Origin: Auanema rhodensis
Taxonomy: Eukaryota; Animalia; Nematoda
Assembly: GCA_964057225.1 (NCBI GenBank)
Contig: OZ059897.1
Location: forward strand, 9,548,001-9,612,000
Direction of reading: 5' to 3'
DNA length: 64,000 nucleotides
Shown here one piece after another: positions 12,879 through 24,726 of this stretch. The position numbers were made by a program, and so were the translations under genes. Position 1 is the stretch's first letter, and every line of letters starts with the position of its first letter. The notes below the pieces were generated by a model. That model saw nothing but the letters and a program-made list of their open reading frames with translations. It had not been told where the DNA came from and ran no database searches.

Positions 12879-13222
12879 CGTTCCGTTATGCTCCTGCGTC
12901 GATAATATAAACCATTGTAGTTTATACCATGACGCGAATAGTATTCCTTGGTGTAGCGGTAGGAATACAGAGCATAAGGTCAATCATAAGATAAAAGAGA
13001 GAAAGATTTATTGGCATGAAACTACAACAATAATATACAAAGATAAAGATACAATACAATAAGATAAATATAAGTATAAAGACTAAACTACAAGCCGTCC
13101 ATGAGCTTGCTAAGAGGCGAACTCCCGACCAAGGGAACGAGGGAAGGCGGAGCCATTCCTCGGTTCTCTGGTCGTCTGGCTCTAACCCTTCAGCTACATA
13201 TATGGGGAGTCCGAATGGAACG
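12879..13222 (-). repeat. 5' LTR of element 1 (344 bp, CGTTCC...GGAACG)
   Basis: aligns to 34797-35141 and 38024-38368 with a few substitutions and one indel. Confidence 0.93.
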
Positions 13223-13507
13223 CTTTCTTAATCTCTTTCTGATCAGATAGAATTCTGTGGATGTAACATTGCTTCTGCCCTTTTGAATTTTGTTTTAGTC
13301 TTTTCCAACCTTGTTTAGATAACAAGAAAAAAGAAATGATAGAGAGAGAACACTTCTAAGATCTCGAACCAAAGTTTTTCTGACGAACTGATCCATTAGA
13401 ACCAAAGAAGACAAGAACTATTCTGATTTCACCTGCATAAAGATCCAGTAGAAAATTACGTTATGATCTGAACATCTAAATGATTCAATACAATATTAGA
13501 AATCACA

Positions 13508-13580
13508 GCCCGGTTAGCTCAGTCGGTAGAGCACCAGACTCTTAATCTGGCTGTCGCGGGTTCGAGCCCCGCATCGGGCT
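13508..13580 (+). tRNA. tRNA-Lys(CTT)
   Basis: consensus copy between elements 1 and 2. Confidence 0.96.
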
Positions 13581-14156
13581 TTAAGTTTTACCTTTTTTTT
13601 GAAATTTAAACGTTTATTTTGAATATTCTTTCTTAATCTCTTTCTGATCAGATAGAATTCTGTAGATGTAACATTGTTTCAGTTCTTAGAACTCTGTTTA
13701 AGTCTTTTCCAACCTTGTTTAGATAACAAGAAAAATGAAATGATAGAGAGAGAACACTTCTAAGATCTCGAACCAAAGTTTTTCTGACGGACTGATCCAT
13801 TAGAACCAAAGAAGACAAGAACTATTCTGATTTCACCTGCATAAAGATCCATGTTCCATACGTGTCCTATAAGTAGAGCGATTGACAACGTCAATCGCTT
13901 CTAAAACGGAACATTATAAAAACAAATAGCTGACGCTACATTTGAGAAACAGGAATTCAATGCAATAAAGAACGAACACTTTTTCATATTAAGTTTAATC
14001 AAAGAAAGCCCAATTCAAGCGGAACCAAGTTCCGCGGACCTGATATAACGACTTTTTATGCTCGTAAGGAAAACTATATAAGGTTTCCTTACGAGTCCTT
14101 TGGGCTGCGACTAGGAATCATTATGTAACTTTTATTATTGTAATTTGTATACTTTA

Positions 14157-14504
14157 TCATGCTTCATAGAGCTCTTTTCTTGTCTCTTCTCCAATTTTAT
14201 CGACAAGTTGTTGAAATAAGTTGTTTTCGTCTTTGTCCGTAGCTGACTTGTCTGTCGTATTCGGTCCGGTTTCTGCTTGGTAATTGTCCTGTTGTGTTTC
14301 CCGCGTAATTTCCTGTGGTGCTATTGTTTCTTGTGGTGTTATTGAAGGTCGGCTTTGTTCGTAGAATTCGTCCTCGTTGTCGCTTTCTGAATCAGAGATT
14401 GATGTTGTGGTGGGCGTGCTATTTTTAGCGCGCGTATTCGTTCCATATTGGTTCCTAGGGTTCCGGCTAGGTAACCATATGGACTTTAATAGAGTGAATG
14501 CCAT
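14157..14504 (-). pseudogene. Truncated copy of element-2 ORF A
   Basis: identical to first 114 aa of 15971-16462, cut at 14162. Confidence 0.6.
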
Positions 14505-15001
14505 TGTAAAAGTAACAGAGAGTAGAGGAAAGAAGTTTATTCAGAATATGGAATAACAATTATAAAAGCAAAAATATAATAATAAGATAAATGAAACTAC
14601 ATGTTATGAGAAAGCCAACCTAGTTGCTTTCTCAGGGGTTTATATAGCAAAATATTAATTACAAATATAATTGAATTTATACAAAAAGTAGTTCAGGTCT
14701 AGTTTCTTATTGAATTCTATTAACCAAAAGTCGGTTGACGTTGTCAACCGCCTTCTTTATAAGACACGTATGGAACATGCCTTATATTGAAAAAGTAGCT
14801 GACCTCAGCTATAAGAAATTAGACATTTTAAGAAAAAGAAACAAAAGAGAAAAATATATATATAAATGAATTAGAATTAGAATACTAGAATAGGAATAAT
14901 AGTGTAATAGGAATAATATAAGAAAAATGAAAACAATATAAAAAGAAAAAAGAAAAGAAAAGAGGAGAGAAAAAAAACTATGAATTCACCTCGTGCAGCT
15001 G

Positions 15002-15637
15002 TTATCCTTCTTCCTCCTCGATTTGTCCCAGCTGGAAGTCGGTCGCGGGTTGTCGGTCGGCGACCGTCCATATGTGGAACAGGCTGACATCTGTCAGCAG
15101 TTCCGTCGCCTGGCCTGCTATCATCATTTTCTTTCTTTTCTGGTCCGGAGTGGTGGCGCGCGACGCCATTAGTATCCTTAAGGCCTGGCTGATCAGGTCT
15201 CCCGCCTTCCTAATCGACTGGTTGGTCGATTCCATCATACTTTCTTCTGTCCAGCTCTTGTGGATCTCTTTCGCGGCCCATCTTGGGATGAGATCCGCGC
15301 TAGCTACATTTTCGGAGGCTGGATATCCTAGTTCTTCGCGTAGTTTGTTGATGGTGGCCTTGGTGCGGGCAGTGGCCTCGGACCAGTTTTGCGCCATTTT
15401 GGCCATCTCTTCTTCATCATTGTTACATGAACATTGTAACCTTTCCAGAGTCTCTATTGATAGAGTAACTCTGGCTAAATTCTCCGAAAATGATTGGAGA
15501 ATTCTTATCTTTTTAGTACGGTTGTTTGTTGTCTCCAGTTGTTATAGTTCTATCTGGAGCGAATGTATCTTGATCCATTTTTCCTTGATCATCGCGATGG
15601 GTGTCTCGCAGGCTGGTGGAGGGAAGACGAGTGTCAT
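15002..15637 (-). pseudogene. Element-2 ORF B (helical protein of unknown function) with in-frame TAA at 15542-15544
   Basis: ORFs 15542-15727 and 15002-15406 share a frame, joined by 45 open codons after a single stop. Confidence 0.55.
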
Positions 15638-15970
15638 TCTTGTGGTGCTGGGAGTTTTTCTGCTTGAGGTGAATTTTGAGCTTATATAGGGTGAAAAAAA
15701 TAGGTAAGTATATATTTTGTGATACATAGATATTAAGATTGATGATTGGGGAAAACATTGTTTTTGTGGTTTGGGTAGCAGATAGAATGAATTATTGTAA
15801 TATAATAAAAAAAAATTAATGAATAAAGTTATTTTCCCAAAAAAGTTTCTATTTTTGATTAAATGGTTGTTGTTGCTCCAATCACTGTTGAAGGTCGTTT
15901 CTTTCGTACAACCGGTGTTTTTGGTGAGTTGAAATGAGCATCAGGTATCTGAGAGCGTGTGAGCCTGTTT

Positions 15971-16462
15971 TTAGACTCTAAGGTGGGTATCACACTGTTG
16001 TACCTTATTGGTACGTGAAATGGTTTTTGGAGCGGTTATAGGATTTTTGTCTTCTATTCCAAGTGCCAACTTGAGGGCTGAGCTCCATCTTTTGTTTGTA
16101 GGTATCTCTTTACGTCTTTCTTCATAGAGCTCTTTTCTTGTCTCTTCTCCAATTTTATCGACAAGTTGTTGAAATAAGTTGTTTTCGTCTTTGTCCGTAG
16201 CTGACTTGTCTGTCGTATTCGGTCCGGTTTCTGCTTGGTAATTGTCCTGTTGTGTTTCCCGCGTAATTTCCTGTGGTGCTATTGTTTCTTGTGGTGTTAT
16301 TGAAGGTCGGCTTTGTTCGTAGAATTCGTCCTCGTTGTCGCTTTCTGAATCAGAGATTGATGTTGTGGTGGGCGTGCTATTTTTAGCGCGCGTATTCGTT
16401 CCATATTGGTTCCTAGGGTTCCGGCTAGGTAACCATATGGACTTTAATAGAGTGAATGCCAT
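15971..16462 (-). CDS. Element-2 ORF A, 163 aa, acidic/Thr-rich, possibly a gag N-terminal remnant
   Basis: ATG follows the LTR-like terminal repeat; no recognisable domain. Confidence 0.45.
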   Translation of the reverse strand: MAFTLLKSIWLPSRNPRNQYGTNTRAKNSTPTTTSISDSESDNEDEFYEQSRPSITPQETIAPQEITRETQQDNYQAETGPNTTDKSATDKDENNLFQQLVDKIGEETRKELYEERRKEIPTNKRWSSALKLALGIEDKNPITAPKTISRTNKVQQCDTHLRV

Positions 16463-16959
16463 TGTAAAAGTAACAGAGAGTAGAGGAAAGAAGTTTATTC
16501 AGAATATGGAATAACAATTATAAAAGCAAAAATATAATAATAAGATAAATGAAACTACATGTTATGAGAAAGCCAACCTAGTTGCTTTCTCAGGGGTTTA
16601 TATAGCAAAATATTAATTACAAATATAATTGAATTTATACAAAAAGTAGTTCAGGTCTAGTTTCTTATTGAATTCTATTAACCAAAAGTCGGTTGACGTT
16701 GTCAACCGCCTTCTTTATAAGACACGTATGGAACATGCCTTATATTGAAAAAGTAGCTGACCTCAGCTATAAGAAATTAGACATTTTAAGAAAAAGAAAC
16801 AAAAGAGAAAAATATATATATAAATGAATTAGAATTAGAATACTAGAATAGGAATAATAGTGTAATAGGAATAATATAAGAAAAATGAAAACAATATAAA
16901 AAGAAAAAAGAAAAGAAAAGAGGAGAGAAAAAAAACTATGAATTCACCTCGTGCAGCTG

Positions 16960-17595
16960 TTATCCTTCTTCCTCCTCGATTTGTCCCAGCTGGAAGTCGG
17001 TCGCGGGTTGTCGGTCGGCGACCGTCCATATGTGGAACAGGCTGACATCTGTCAGCAGTTCCGTCGCCTGGCCTGCTATCATCATTTTCTTTCTTTTCTG
17101 GTCCGGAGTGGTGGCGCGCGACGCCATTAGTATCCTTAAGGCCTGGCTGATCAGGTCTCCCGCCTTCCTAATCGACTGGTTGGTCGATTCCATCATACTT
17201 TCTTCTGTCCAGCTCTTGTGGATCTCTTTCGCGGCCCATCTTGGGATGAGATCCGCGCTAGCTACATTTTCGGAGGCTGGATATCCTAGTTCTTCGCGTA
17301 GTTTGTTGATGGTGGCCTTGGTGCGGGCAGTGGCCTCGGACCAGTTTTGCGCCATTTTGGCCATCTCTTCTTCATCATTGTTACATGAACATTGTAACCT
17401 TTCCAGAGTCTCTATTGATAGAGTAACTCTGGCTAAATTCTCCGAAAATGATTGGAGAATTCTTATCTTTTTAGTACGGTTGTTTGTTGTCTCCAGTTGT
17501 TATAGTTCTATCTGGAGCGAATGTATCTTGATCCATTTTTCCTTGATCATCGCGATGGGTGTCTCGCAGGCTGGTGGAGGGAAGACGAGTGTCAT
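16960..17595 (-). pseudogene. Second copy of element-2 ORF B, same internal stop
   Basis: duplicate at offset 1958. Confidence 0.55.
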
Positions 17596-18189
17596 TCTTG
17601 TGGTGCTGGGAGTTTTTCTGCTTGAGGTGAACTTTGAGCTTATATAGGGTGAAAAAAATAGGTAAGTATATATTTTGTGATACATAGATATTAAGATTGA
17701 TGATTGGGGAAAACATTGTTTTTGTGGTTTGGGTAGCAGAAAAACAAAAATATAATAATAAGATAAATGAAACTACATGTTATGAGAAAGCCAACCTAGT
17801 TGCTTTCTCAGGGGTTTATATAGCAAAATATTAATTACAAATATAATTGAATTTATACAAAAAGTAGTTCAGGTCTAGTTTCTTATTGAATTCTATTAAC
17901 CAAAAGTCGGTTGACGTTGTCAACCGCCTTCTTTATAAGACACGTATGGAACAGTAATATTTGGTTCTAATGGATCAGTTCGTCAGAAAAACCTTAGATC
18001 AAGATCTTAGAAGTGTTCTATCTCTATCATTTCATTTTTCTTGGTATCTATACAAAGTTTGAAAACACTTAAACAGAGTTCTAAGAACTAAAACAATGTT
18101 ACATCTACAGAATTCTATGTGATCAGAAAGAGGTTAGGAATAAATTTTCAAAATAAACGTTATAATTTCAAATAAAAGGTAAAACTTAA

Positions 18190-18262
18190 AGCCCGATGCG
18201 GGGCTCAAACCCGCGACAGCCAGATTAAGAGTCTGGTGCTCTACCGACTGAGCTAACCGGGC
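18190..18262 (-). tRNA. tRNA-Lys(CTT), T-loop variant
   Basis: GTTTGA in T loop. Confidence 0.8.
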
Positions 18263-18593
18263 TGTAATTTCTGATATTGTATTGAATCATTTAGATGTTC
18301 AGAGCAAAAGGTAATTTTCTACTGGATCTTTATGCAGGTGAAATCAGAATATTTCTTGTAATATTTGGTTCTAATGGATCAGTTCGTCAGAAAAACCTTG
18401 GATCAAGATCTTAGAAGTGTTCTATCTCTATCATTTCATTTTTCTTGGTATCTATACAAAGTTTGAAAACACTTAAACAGAGTTCTAAGAACTGAAACAA
18501 TGTTACATCTACAGCTTTCTATCTGATCAGAAAGAGGTTAGGAATAAATTTTCAAAATAAACGTTATAATTTCAAATAAAAGGTAAAACTTAA

Positions 18594-18666
18594 AGCCCGA
18601 TGCGGGGCTCGAACCCGCGACAGCCAGATTAAGAGTCTGGTGCTCTACCGACTGAGCTAACCGGGC
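18594..18666 (-). tRNA. tRNA-Lys(CTT)
   Basis: array consensus copy. Confidence 0.96.
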
Positions 18667-18997
18667 TGTGATTTCTGATATTCTATTGAATCATTTAGAT
18701 GTTCAGAGCAAAAGGTAATTTTCTACTGGATCTTTATGCAGATGAAATCAGAATATTTCTTGTAATATTTGGTTCTAATGGATCAGTTCGTCAGAAAAAC
18801 CTTGGATCAAGATCTTAGAAGTGTTCTATCTCTATCATTTCATTTTTCTTGTTATCTATACAAAGTTTGAAAACACTTAAACAGAGTTCTAAGAACTGAA
18901 ACAATGTTACATCTACAGAATTCTATCTGATCAGAAAAAGGTTAGGAATAAATTTTCAAAATAAACGTTATAATTTCAAATAAAAGGTAAAACTTAA

Positions 18998-19070
18998 AGC
19001 CCGATGCGGGGCTCGAACCCGCGACAGCCAGATTAAGAGTCTGGTGCTCTACCGACTGAGCTAACCGGGC
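18998..19070 (-). tRNA. tRNA-Lys(CTT)
   Basis: array consensus copy. Confidence 0.96.
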
Positions 19071-19401
19071 TGTAATTTCTGATATTGTATTGAATCATTT
19101 AGATGCTCAGAGCAAAAGGTAATTTTCTACTGGATCTTTATGCAGATGAAATCAGAATAATTCTTGTAATATTTGGTTCTAATGGATCAGTCCGTCAGAA
19201 AAACCTTGGATCAAGATCTTAGAAGTGTTCTATCTCTCTCATTTCATTTTTCTTGTTATCTATACAAAGTTTGAAAACACTTAAACAGAGTTCTAAGAAC
19301 TGAAACAATGTTACATCTACAGAATTCTATCTGATCAGAAAGAGGTTAGGAATAAATTTTTAAAATAAACGTTATAATTTCAAATGAAAGGTAAAACTTA
19401 A

Positions 19402-19474
19402 AGCCCGATGCGGGGCTCGAACCCGCGACAGCCAGATTAAGAGTCTGGTGCTCTACCGACTGAGCTAACCGGGC
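19402..19474 (-). tRNA. tRNA-Lys(CTT)
   Basis: array consensus copy. Confidence 0.96.
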
Positions 19475-19805
19475 TGTGATTTCTGATATTGTATTGAATC
19501 ATTTAGATGTTCAGAGCAAAAGGTAATTTTCTACTGGATCTTTATGCAGGTGAAATCAGAATAATTCTTGTAATCTTTGGTTCTAATGGATAAGTCCGTC
19601 AGATAAACCTTGGATCAAGATCTTAGAAGTGTTCTATCTCTATCATTTCATTTTTCTTGTTATCTATACAAAGTTTGAAAACACTTAAACAGAGTTCTAA
19701 GAACTGAAACAATGTTACATCTACAGAATTCTATCTGATCAGAAAAAGGTTAGGAATAAATTTTCAAAATAAACGTTATAATTTCAAATAAAAGGTAAAA
19801 CTTAA

Positions 19806-19878
19806 AGCCCGATGCGGGGCTCGAACCCGCGACAGCCAGATTAAGAGTCTGGTGCTCTACCGACTGAGCTAACCGGGC
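19806..19878 (-). tRNA. tRNA-Lys(CTT)
   Basis: array consensus copy. Confidence 0.96.
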
Positions 19879-20209
19879 TGTAATTTCTGATATTGTATTG
19901 AATCATTTAGATGCTCAGAGCAAAAGGTAATTTTCTATTGGATCTTTATGCAGATGAAATCAGAATAATTCTTGTAATATTTGGTTCTAATGGATCAGTT
20001 CGTCAGAAAAACCTTGGATCAAGATCTTAGAAGTGTTCTATCTCTATCATTTCATTTTTCTTGTTATCTATACAAAGTTTGAAAACACTTAAACAGAGTT
20101 CTAAGAACTGAAACAATGTTACATCTACAGAATTCTATCTGATCAGAAAGAGGTTAGGAATAAATTTTTAAAATAAACGTTATAATTTCAAATGAAAGGT
20201 AAAACTTAA

Positions 20210-20282
20210 AGCCCGATGCGGGGCTCGAACCCGCGACAGCCAGATTAAGAGTCTGGTGCTCTACCGACTGAGCTAACCGGGC
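20210..20282 (-). tRNA. tRNA-Lys(CTT)
   Basis: array consensus copy. Confidence 0.96.
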
Positions 20283-20613
20283 TGTGATTTCTGTTATTGT
20301 ATTGAATCATTTAGATGTTCAGAGCAAAAGGTAATTTTCTATTGGATCTTTATGCAGATGAAATCAGAATAATTCTTGTAATATTTGGTTCTAATGGATC
20401 AGTTCGTCAGAAAAACCTTGGATCAAGATCTTAGAAGTGTTCTATCTCTATCATTTCATTTTTCTTGTTATCTATACAAAGTTTGAAAACACTTAAACAG
20501 AGTTCTAAGAACTGAAACAATGTTACATCTACAGAATTCTATCTGATCAGAAAGAGGTTAGGAATAAATTTCCAAAATAAACGTTATAATTTCAAATAAA
20601 AGGTAAAACTTAA

Positions 20614-20686
20614 AGCCCGATGCGGGGCTCGAACCCGCGACAGCCAGATTAAGAGTCTGGTGCTCTACCGACTGAGCTAACCGGGC
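20614..20686 (-). tRNA. tRNA-Lys(CTT)
   Basis: array consensus copy. Confidence 0.96.
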
Positions 20687-21017
20687 TGTGATTTCTGATA
20701 TTGTATTGAATCATTTAGATGTTCAGAGCAAAAGGTGATTTTCTACTGGAACTTTATGCAGGTGAAATCAGAATAATTCTTGTAATCTTTGGTTCTAATG
20801 GATCAGTCCGTCAGAAAAACCTTGGATCAAGATCTTAGAAGTGTTCTATCTCTATCATTTCATTTTTCTTGGTATCTATACAAAGTTTGAAAACACTTAA
20901 ACAGAGTTCTAAGAACTGAAACAATGTTACATCTACAGCATTCTATCTGATCAGAAAGAGGTTAGGAATAAATTTTCAAAATAAACGTTATAATTTCAAA
21001 TAAAAGGTAAAACTTAA

Positions 21018-21090
21018 AGCCCGATGCGGGGCTCGAACCCGCGACAGCCAGATTAAGAGTCTGGTGCTCTACCGACTGAGCTAACCGGGC
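21018..21090 (-). tRNA. tRNA-Lys(CTT)
   Basis: array consensus copy. Confidence 0.96.
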
Positions 21091-21421
21091 TGTGATTTCT
21101 GATATTCTATTGAATCATTTAGATGTTCAGAGCAAAAGGTAATTTTCTACTGGATCTTTATGCAGATGAAATCAGAATAATTCTTATAATCTTTGGTTCT
21201 AATGGATCAGTCCGTCAGAAAAACCTTGGATCAAGATCTCAGAAGTGTTCTATCTCTATCATTTCATTTTTCTTGTTATCTATATAAAGTTTGAAAACAC
21301 TTAAACAGAGTTCTAAGAACTGAAACAAGGTTACATCTACAGAATTCTATCTGATCAGATAGAGGTTAGGAATAAATTTTCAAAATAAACGTTATAATTT
21401 CAAATAAAAGGTAAAACTCAA

Positions 21422-21494
21422 AGTCCGATGCGGGGCTCGAACCCGCGACAGCCAGATTAAGAGTCTGGTGCTCTACCGACTGAGCTAACCGGGC
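21422..21494 (-). tRNA. tRNA-Lys(CTT), acceptor-stem variant
   Basis: CGGACT end, same variant as 6687. Confidence 0.87.
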
Positions 21495-21825
21495 TGTGAT
21501 TTCTGATATTGTATTGAATCATTTAGATGTTCAGAGCAAAAGGTAATTTTCTACTGGATCTTTATGCATATGAAATCAGAATAATTCTTGTAATCTTTGG
21601 TTCTAATGGATCAGTTCGTCAGAAAAACCTTGGATCAAGATCTCAGAAGTGTTCTATCTCTATCATTTCCTTTTTCTTGTTATCTATACAAAGTTTGAAA
21701 ACACTTAAACAGAGTTCTAAGAACTGAAACAATGTTACATCTACAGAATTCTATCTGATCAGAAAGAGGTTAGGAATAAATTTTTAAAATAAACGTTATA
21801 ATTTCAAATGAAAGGTAAAACTTAA

Positions 21826-21898
21826 AGCCCGATGCGGGGCTCGAACCCGCGACAGCCAGATTAAGAGTCTGGTGCTCTACCGACTGAGCTAACCGGGC
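21826..21898 (-). tRNA. tRNA-Lys(CTT)
   Basis: array consensus copy. Confidence 0.96.
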
Positions 21899-22229
21899 TG
21901 TGATTTCTGATATTGTATTGAATCATTTAGATGTTCAGAGCAAAAGGTAATTTTCTACTGGATCTTTATGCAGGTGAAATCAGAATAATTCTTGTAATCT
22001 TTGGTTCTAATGGATAAGTCCGTCAGATAAACCTTGGATCAAGATCTTAGAAGTGTTCTATCTCTATCATTTCATTTTTCTTGTTATCTATACAAAGTTT
22101 GAAAACACTTAAACAGAGTTCTAAGAACTGAAACAATGTTACATCTACAGAATTCTATCTGATCAGAAAGAGGTTAGGAATAAATTTTCAAAATAAACGT
22201 TATAATTTCAAATGAAAGGTAAAACTTAA

Positions 22230-22302
22230 AGCCCGATGCGGGGCTCGAACCCGCGACAGCCAGATTAAGAGTCTGGTGCTTTACCGACTGAGCTAACCGG
22301 GC
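22230..22302 (-). tRNA. tRNA-Lys(CTT), D-stem variant
   Basis: GTAAAGC instead of GTAGAGC. Confidence 0.87.
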
Positions 22303-22633
22303 TGTGATTTCTGATATTGTATTGAATCATTTAGATGTTCAGAGCAAAAGGTAATTTTCTACTGGATCTTTATGCAGGTGAAATCAGAATAATTCTTGTA
22401 ATCTTTGGTTCTAATGGATAAGTCCGTCAGATAAACCTTGGATCAAGATCTTAGAAGTGTTCTATCTCTATCATTTCATTTTTCTTGTTATCTATACAAA
22501 GTTTGAAAACACTTAAACAGAGTTCTAAGAACTGAAACAATGTTACATCTACAGAATTCTATCTGATCAGAAAGAGGTTAGGAATAAATTTTTAAAATAA
22601 ACGTTATAATTTCAAATGAAAGGTAAAACTTAA

Positions 22634-22706
22634 AGCCCGATGCGGGGCTCGAACCCGCGACAGCCAGATTAAGAGTCTGGTGCTCTACCGACTGAGCTAA
22701 CCGGGC
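22634..22706 (-). tRNA. tRNA-Lys(CTT)
   Basis: array consensus copy. Confidence 0.96.
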
Positions 22707-23037
22707 TGTGATTTCTGTTATTGTATTGAATCATTTAGATGTTCAGAGCAAAAGGTAATTTTCTATTGGATCTTTATGCAGATGAAATCAGAATAATTCT
22801 TGTAATATTTGGTTCTAATGGATCAGTTCGTCAGAAAAACCTTGGATCAAGATCTTAGAAGTGTTCTATCTCTATCATTTCATTTTTCTTGTTATCTATA
22901 CAAAGTTTGAAAACACTTAAACAGAGTTCTAAGAACTGAAACAATGTTACATCTACAGAATTCTATCTGATCAGAAAGAGGTTAGGAATAAATTTTTAAA
23001 ATAAACGTTATAATTTCAAATGAAAGGTAAAACTTAA

Positions 23038-23110
23038 AGCCCGATGCGGGGCTCGAACCCGCGACAGCCAGATTAAGAGTCTGGTGCTCTACCGACTGAG
23101 CTAACCGGGC
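23038..23110 (-). tRNA. tRNA-Lys(CTT)
   Basis: array consensus copy. Confidence 0.96.
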
Positions 23111-23441
23111 TGTGATTTCTGTTATTGTATTGAATCATTTAGATGTTCAGAGCAAAAGGTAATTTTCTATTGGATCTTTATGCAGATGAAATCAGAATAA
23201 TTCTTGTAATATTTGGTTCTAATGGATCAGTTCGTCAGAAAAACCTTGGATCAAGATCTTAGAAGTGTTCTATCTCTATCATTTCATTTTTCTTGTTATC
23301 TATACAAAGTTTGAAAACACTTAAACAGAGTTCTAAGAACTGAAACAATGTTACATCTACAGAATTCTATCTGATCAGAAAGAGGTTAGGAATAAATTTC
23401 CAAAATAAACGTTATAATTTCAAATAAAAGGTAAAACTTAA

Positions 23442-23514
23442 AGCCCGATGCGGGGCTCGAACCCGCGACAGCCAGATTAAGAGTCTGGTGCTCTACCGAC
23501 TGAGCTAACCGGGC
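23442..23514 (-). tRNA. tRNA-Lys(CTT)
   Basis: array consensus copy. Confidence 0.96.
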
Positions 23515-23845
23515 TGTGATTTCTAATATTGTATTGAATCATTTAGATGTTCAGAGCAAAAGGTGATTTTCTACTGGAACTTTATGCAGGTGAAATCAGA
23601 ATAATTCTTGTAATCTTTGGTTCTAATGGATCAGTCCGTCAGAAAAACCTTGGATCAAGATCTTAGAAGTGTTCTATCTCTATCATTTCATTTTTCTTGG
23701 TATCTATACAAAGTTTGAAAACACTTAAACAGAGTTCTAAGAACTGAAACAATGTTACATCTACAGCATTCTATCTGATCAGAAAGAGGTTAGGAATAAA
23801 TTTTCAAAATAAACGTTATAATTTCAAATAAAAGGTAAAACTTAA

Positions 23846-23918
23846 AGCCCGATGCGGGGCTCGAACCCGCGACAGCCAGATTAAGAGTCTGGTGCTCTAC
23901 CGACTGAGCTAACCGGGC
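23846..23918 (-). tRNA. tRNA-Lys(CTT)
   Basis: array consensus copy. Confidence 0.96.
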
Positions 23919-24249
23919 TGTGATTTCTGATATTCTATTGAATCATTTAGATGTTCAGAGCAAAAGGTAATTTTCTACTGGATCTTTATGCAGATGAAAT
24001 CAGAATAATTCTTATAATCTTTGGTTCTAATGGATCAGTCCGTCAGAAAAACCTTGGATCAAGATCTCAGAAGTGTTCTATCTCTATCATTTCATTTTTC
24101 TTGTTATCTATATAAAGTTTGAAAACACTTAAACAGAGTTCTAAGAACTGAAACAAGGTTACATCTACAGAATTCTATCTGATCAGATAGAGGTTAGGAA
24201 TAAATTTTCAAAATAAACGTTATAATTTCAAATAAAAGGTAAAACTCAA

Positions 24250-24322
24250 AGTCCGATGCGGGGCTCGAACCCGCGACAGCCAGATTAAGAGTCTGGTGCT
24301 CTACCGACTGAGCTAACCGGGC
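24250..24322 (-). tRNA. tRNA-Lys(CTT), acceptor-stem variant
   Basis: CGGACT end. Confidence 0.87.
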
Positions 24323-24653
24323 TGTGATTTCTGATATTGTATTGAATCATTTAGATGTTCAGAGCAAAAGGTAATTTTCTACTGGATCTTTATGCATATG
24401 AAATCAGAATAATTCTTGTAATCTTTGGTTCTAATGGATCAGTTCGTCAGAAAAACCTTGGATCAAGATCTCAGAAGTGTTCTATCTCTATCATTTCCTT
24501 TTTCTTGTTATCTATACAAAGTTTGAAAACACTTAAACAGAGTTCTAAGAACTGAAACAATGTTACATCTACAGAATTCTATCTGATCAGAAAGAGGTTA
24601 GGAATAAATTTTCAAAATAAACGTTATAATTTCAAATAAAAGGTAAAACTTAA

Positions 24654-24726
24654 AGCCCGATGCGGGGCTCGAACCCGCGACAGCCAGATTAAGAGTCTGG
24701 TGCTCTACCGACTGAGCTAACCGGGC
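24654..24726 (-). tRNA. tRNA-Lys(CTT)
   Basis: array consensus copy. Confidence 0.96.

Larger units (their letters stand above)
9417..13222 (-). mobile_element. 3'-truncated Ty3/Gypsy-like LTR retroelement: 5' LTR, tRNA-Gln PBS, gag, env-like gene; no pol or 3' LTR present (element 1)
   Basis: LTR 12879-13222 nearly identical to LTRs at 34797 and 38024; PBS adjacent; capsid motifs; array sequence resumes on both sides without a TSD. Confidence 0.9.
14162..17740. repeat. 1.62-kb direct duplication (14162-15782 = 16120-17740, offset 1958); terminal ~209 bp present a third time at 17745-17953
   Basis: identical ORF pairs at offset 1958. Confidence 0.95.
13852..17953 (-). mobile_element. Composite non-autonomous element with TGTTCC...GGAACA ends (~46-bp imperfect inverted termini) and internal tandem duplication (element 2)
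   Basis: left TGTTCCATACGTGTCCTATAAG..., right end reverse complement TGTTCCATACGTGTCTTATAAAG...; right terminus repeated at 14777, 16735 and 17953; no TSD. Confidence 0.8.

Noticed and set aside
14493-14503. TGGCATTCACT after ...TTTTACA as a PBS for element 2
   Set aside because: Position fits but I cannot match it to a tRNA 3' end from memory; also simply the ORF A start
15072-17647. 205-aa plus-strand ORFs in element 2
   Set aside because: Antisense shadows of ORF B; start at non-ATG codon context and composition mirrors the opposite frame
9417-17953. pol (protease, RT, RNase H, integrase) or transposase
   Set aside because: No convincing D(S/T)G, YxDD, HHCC or DDE context in any listed ORF
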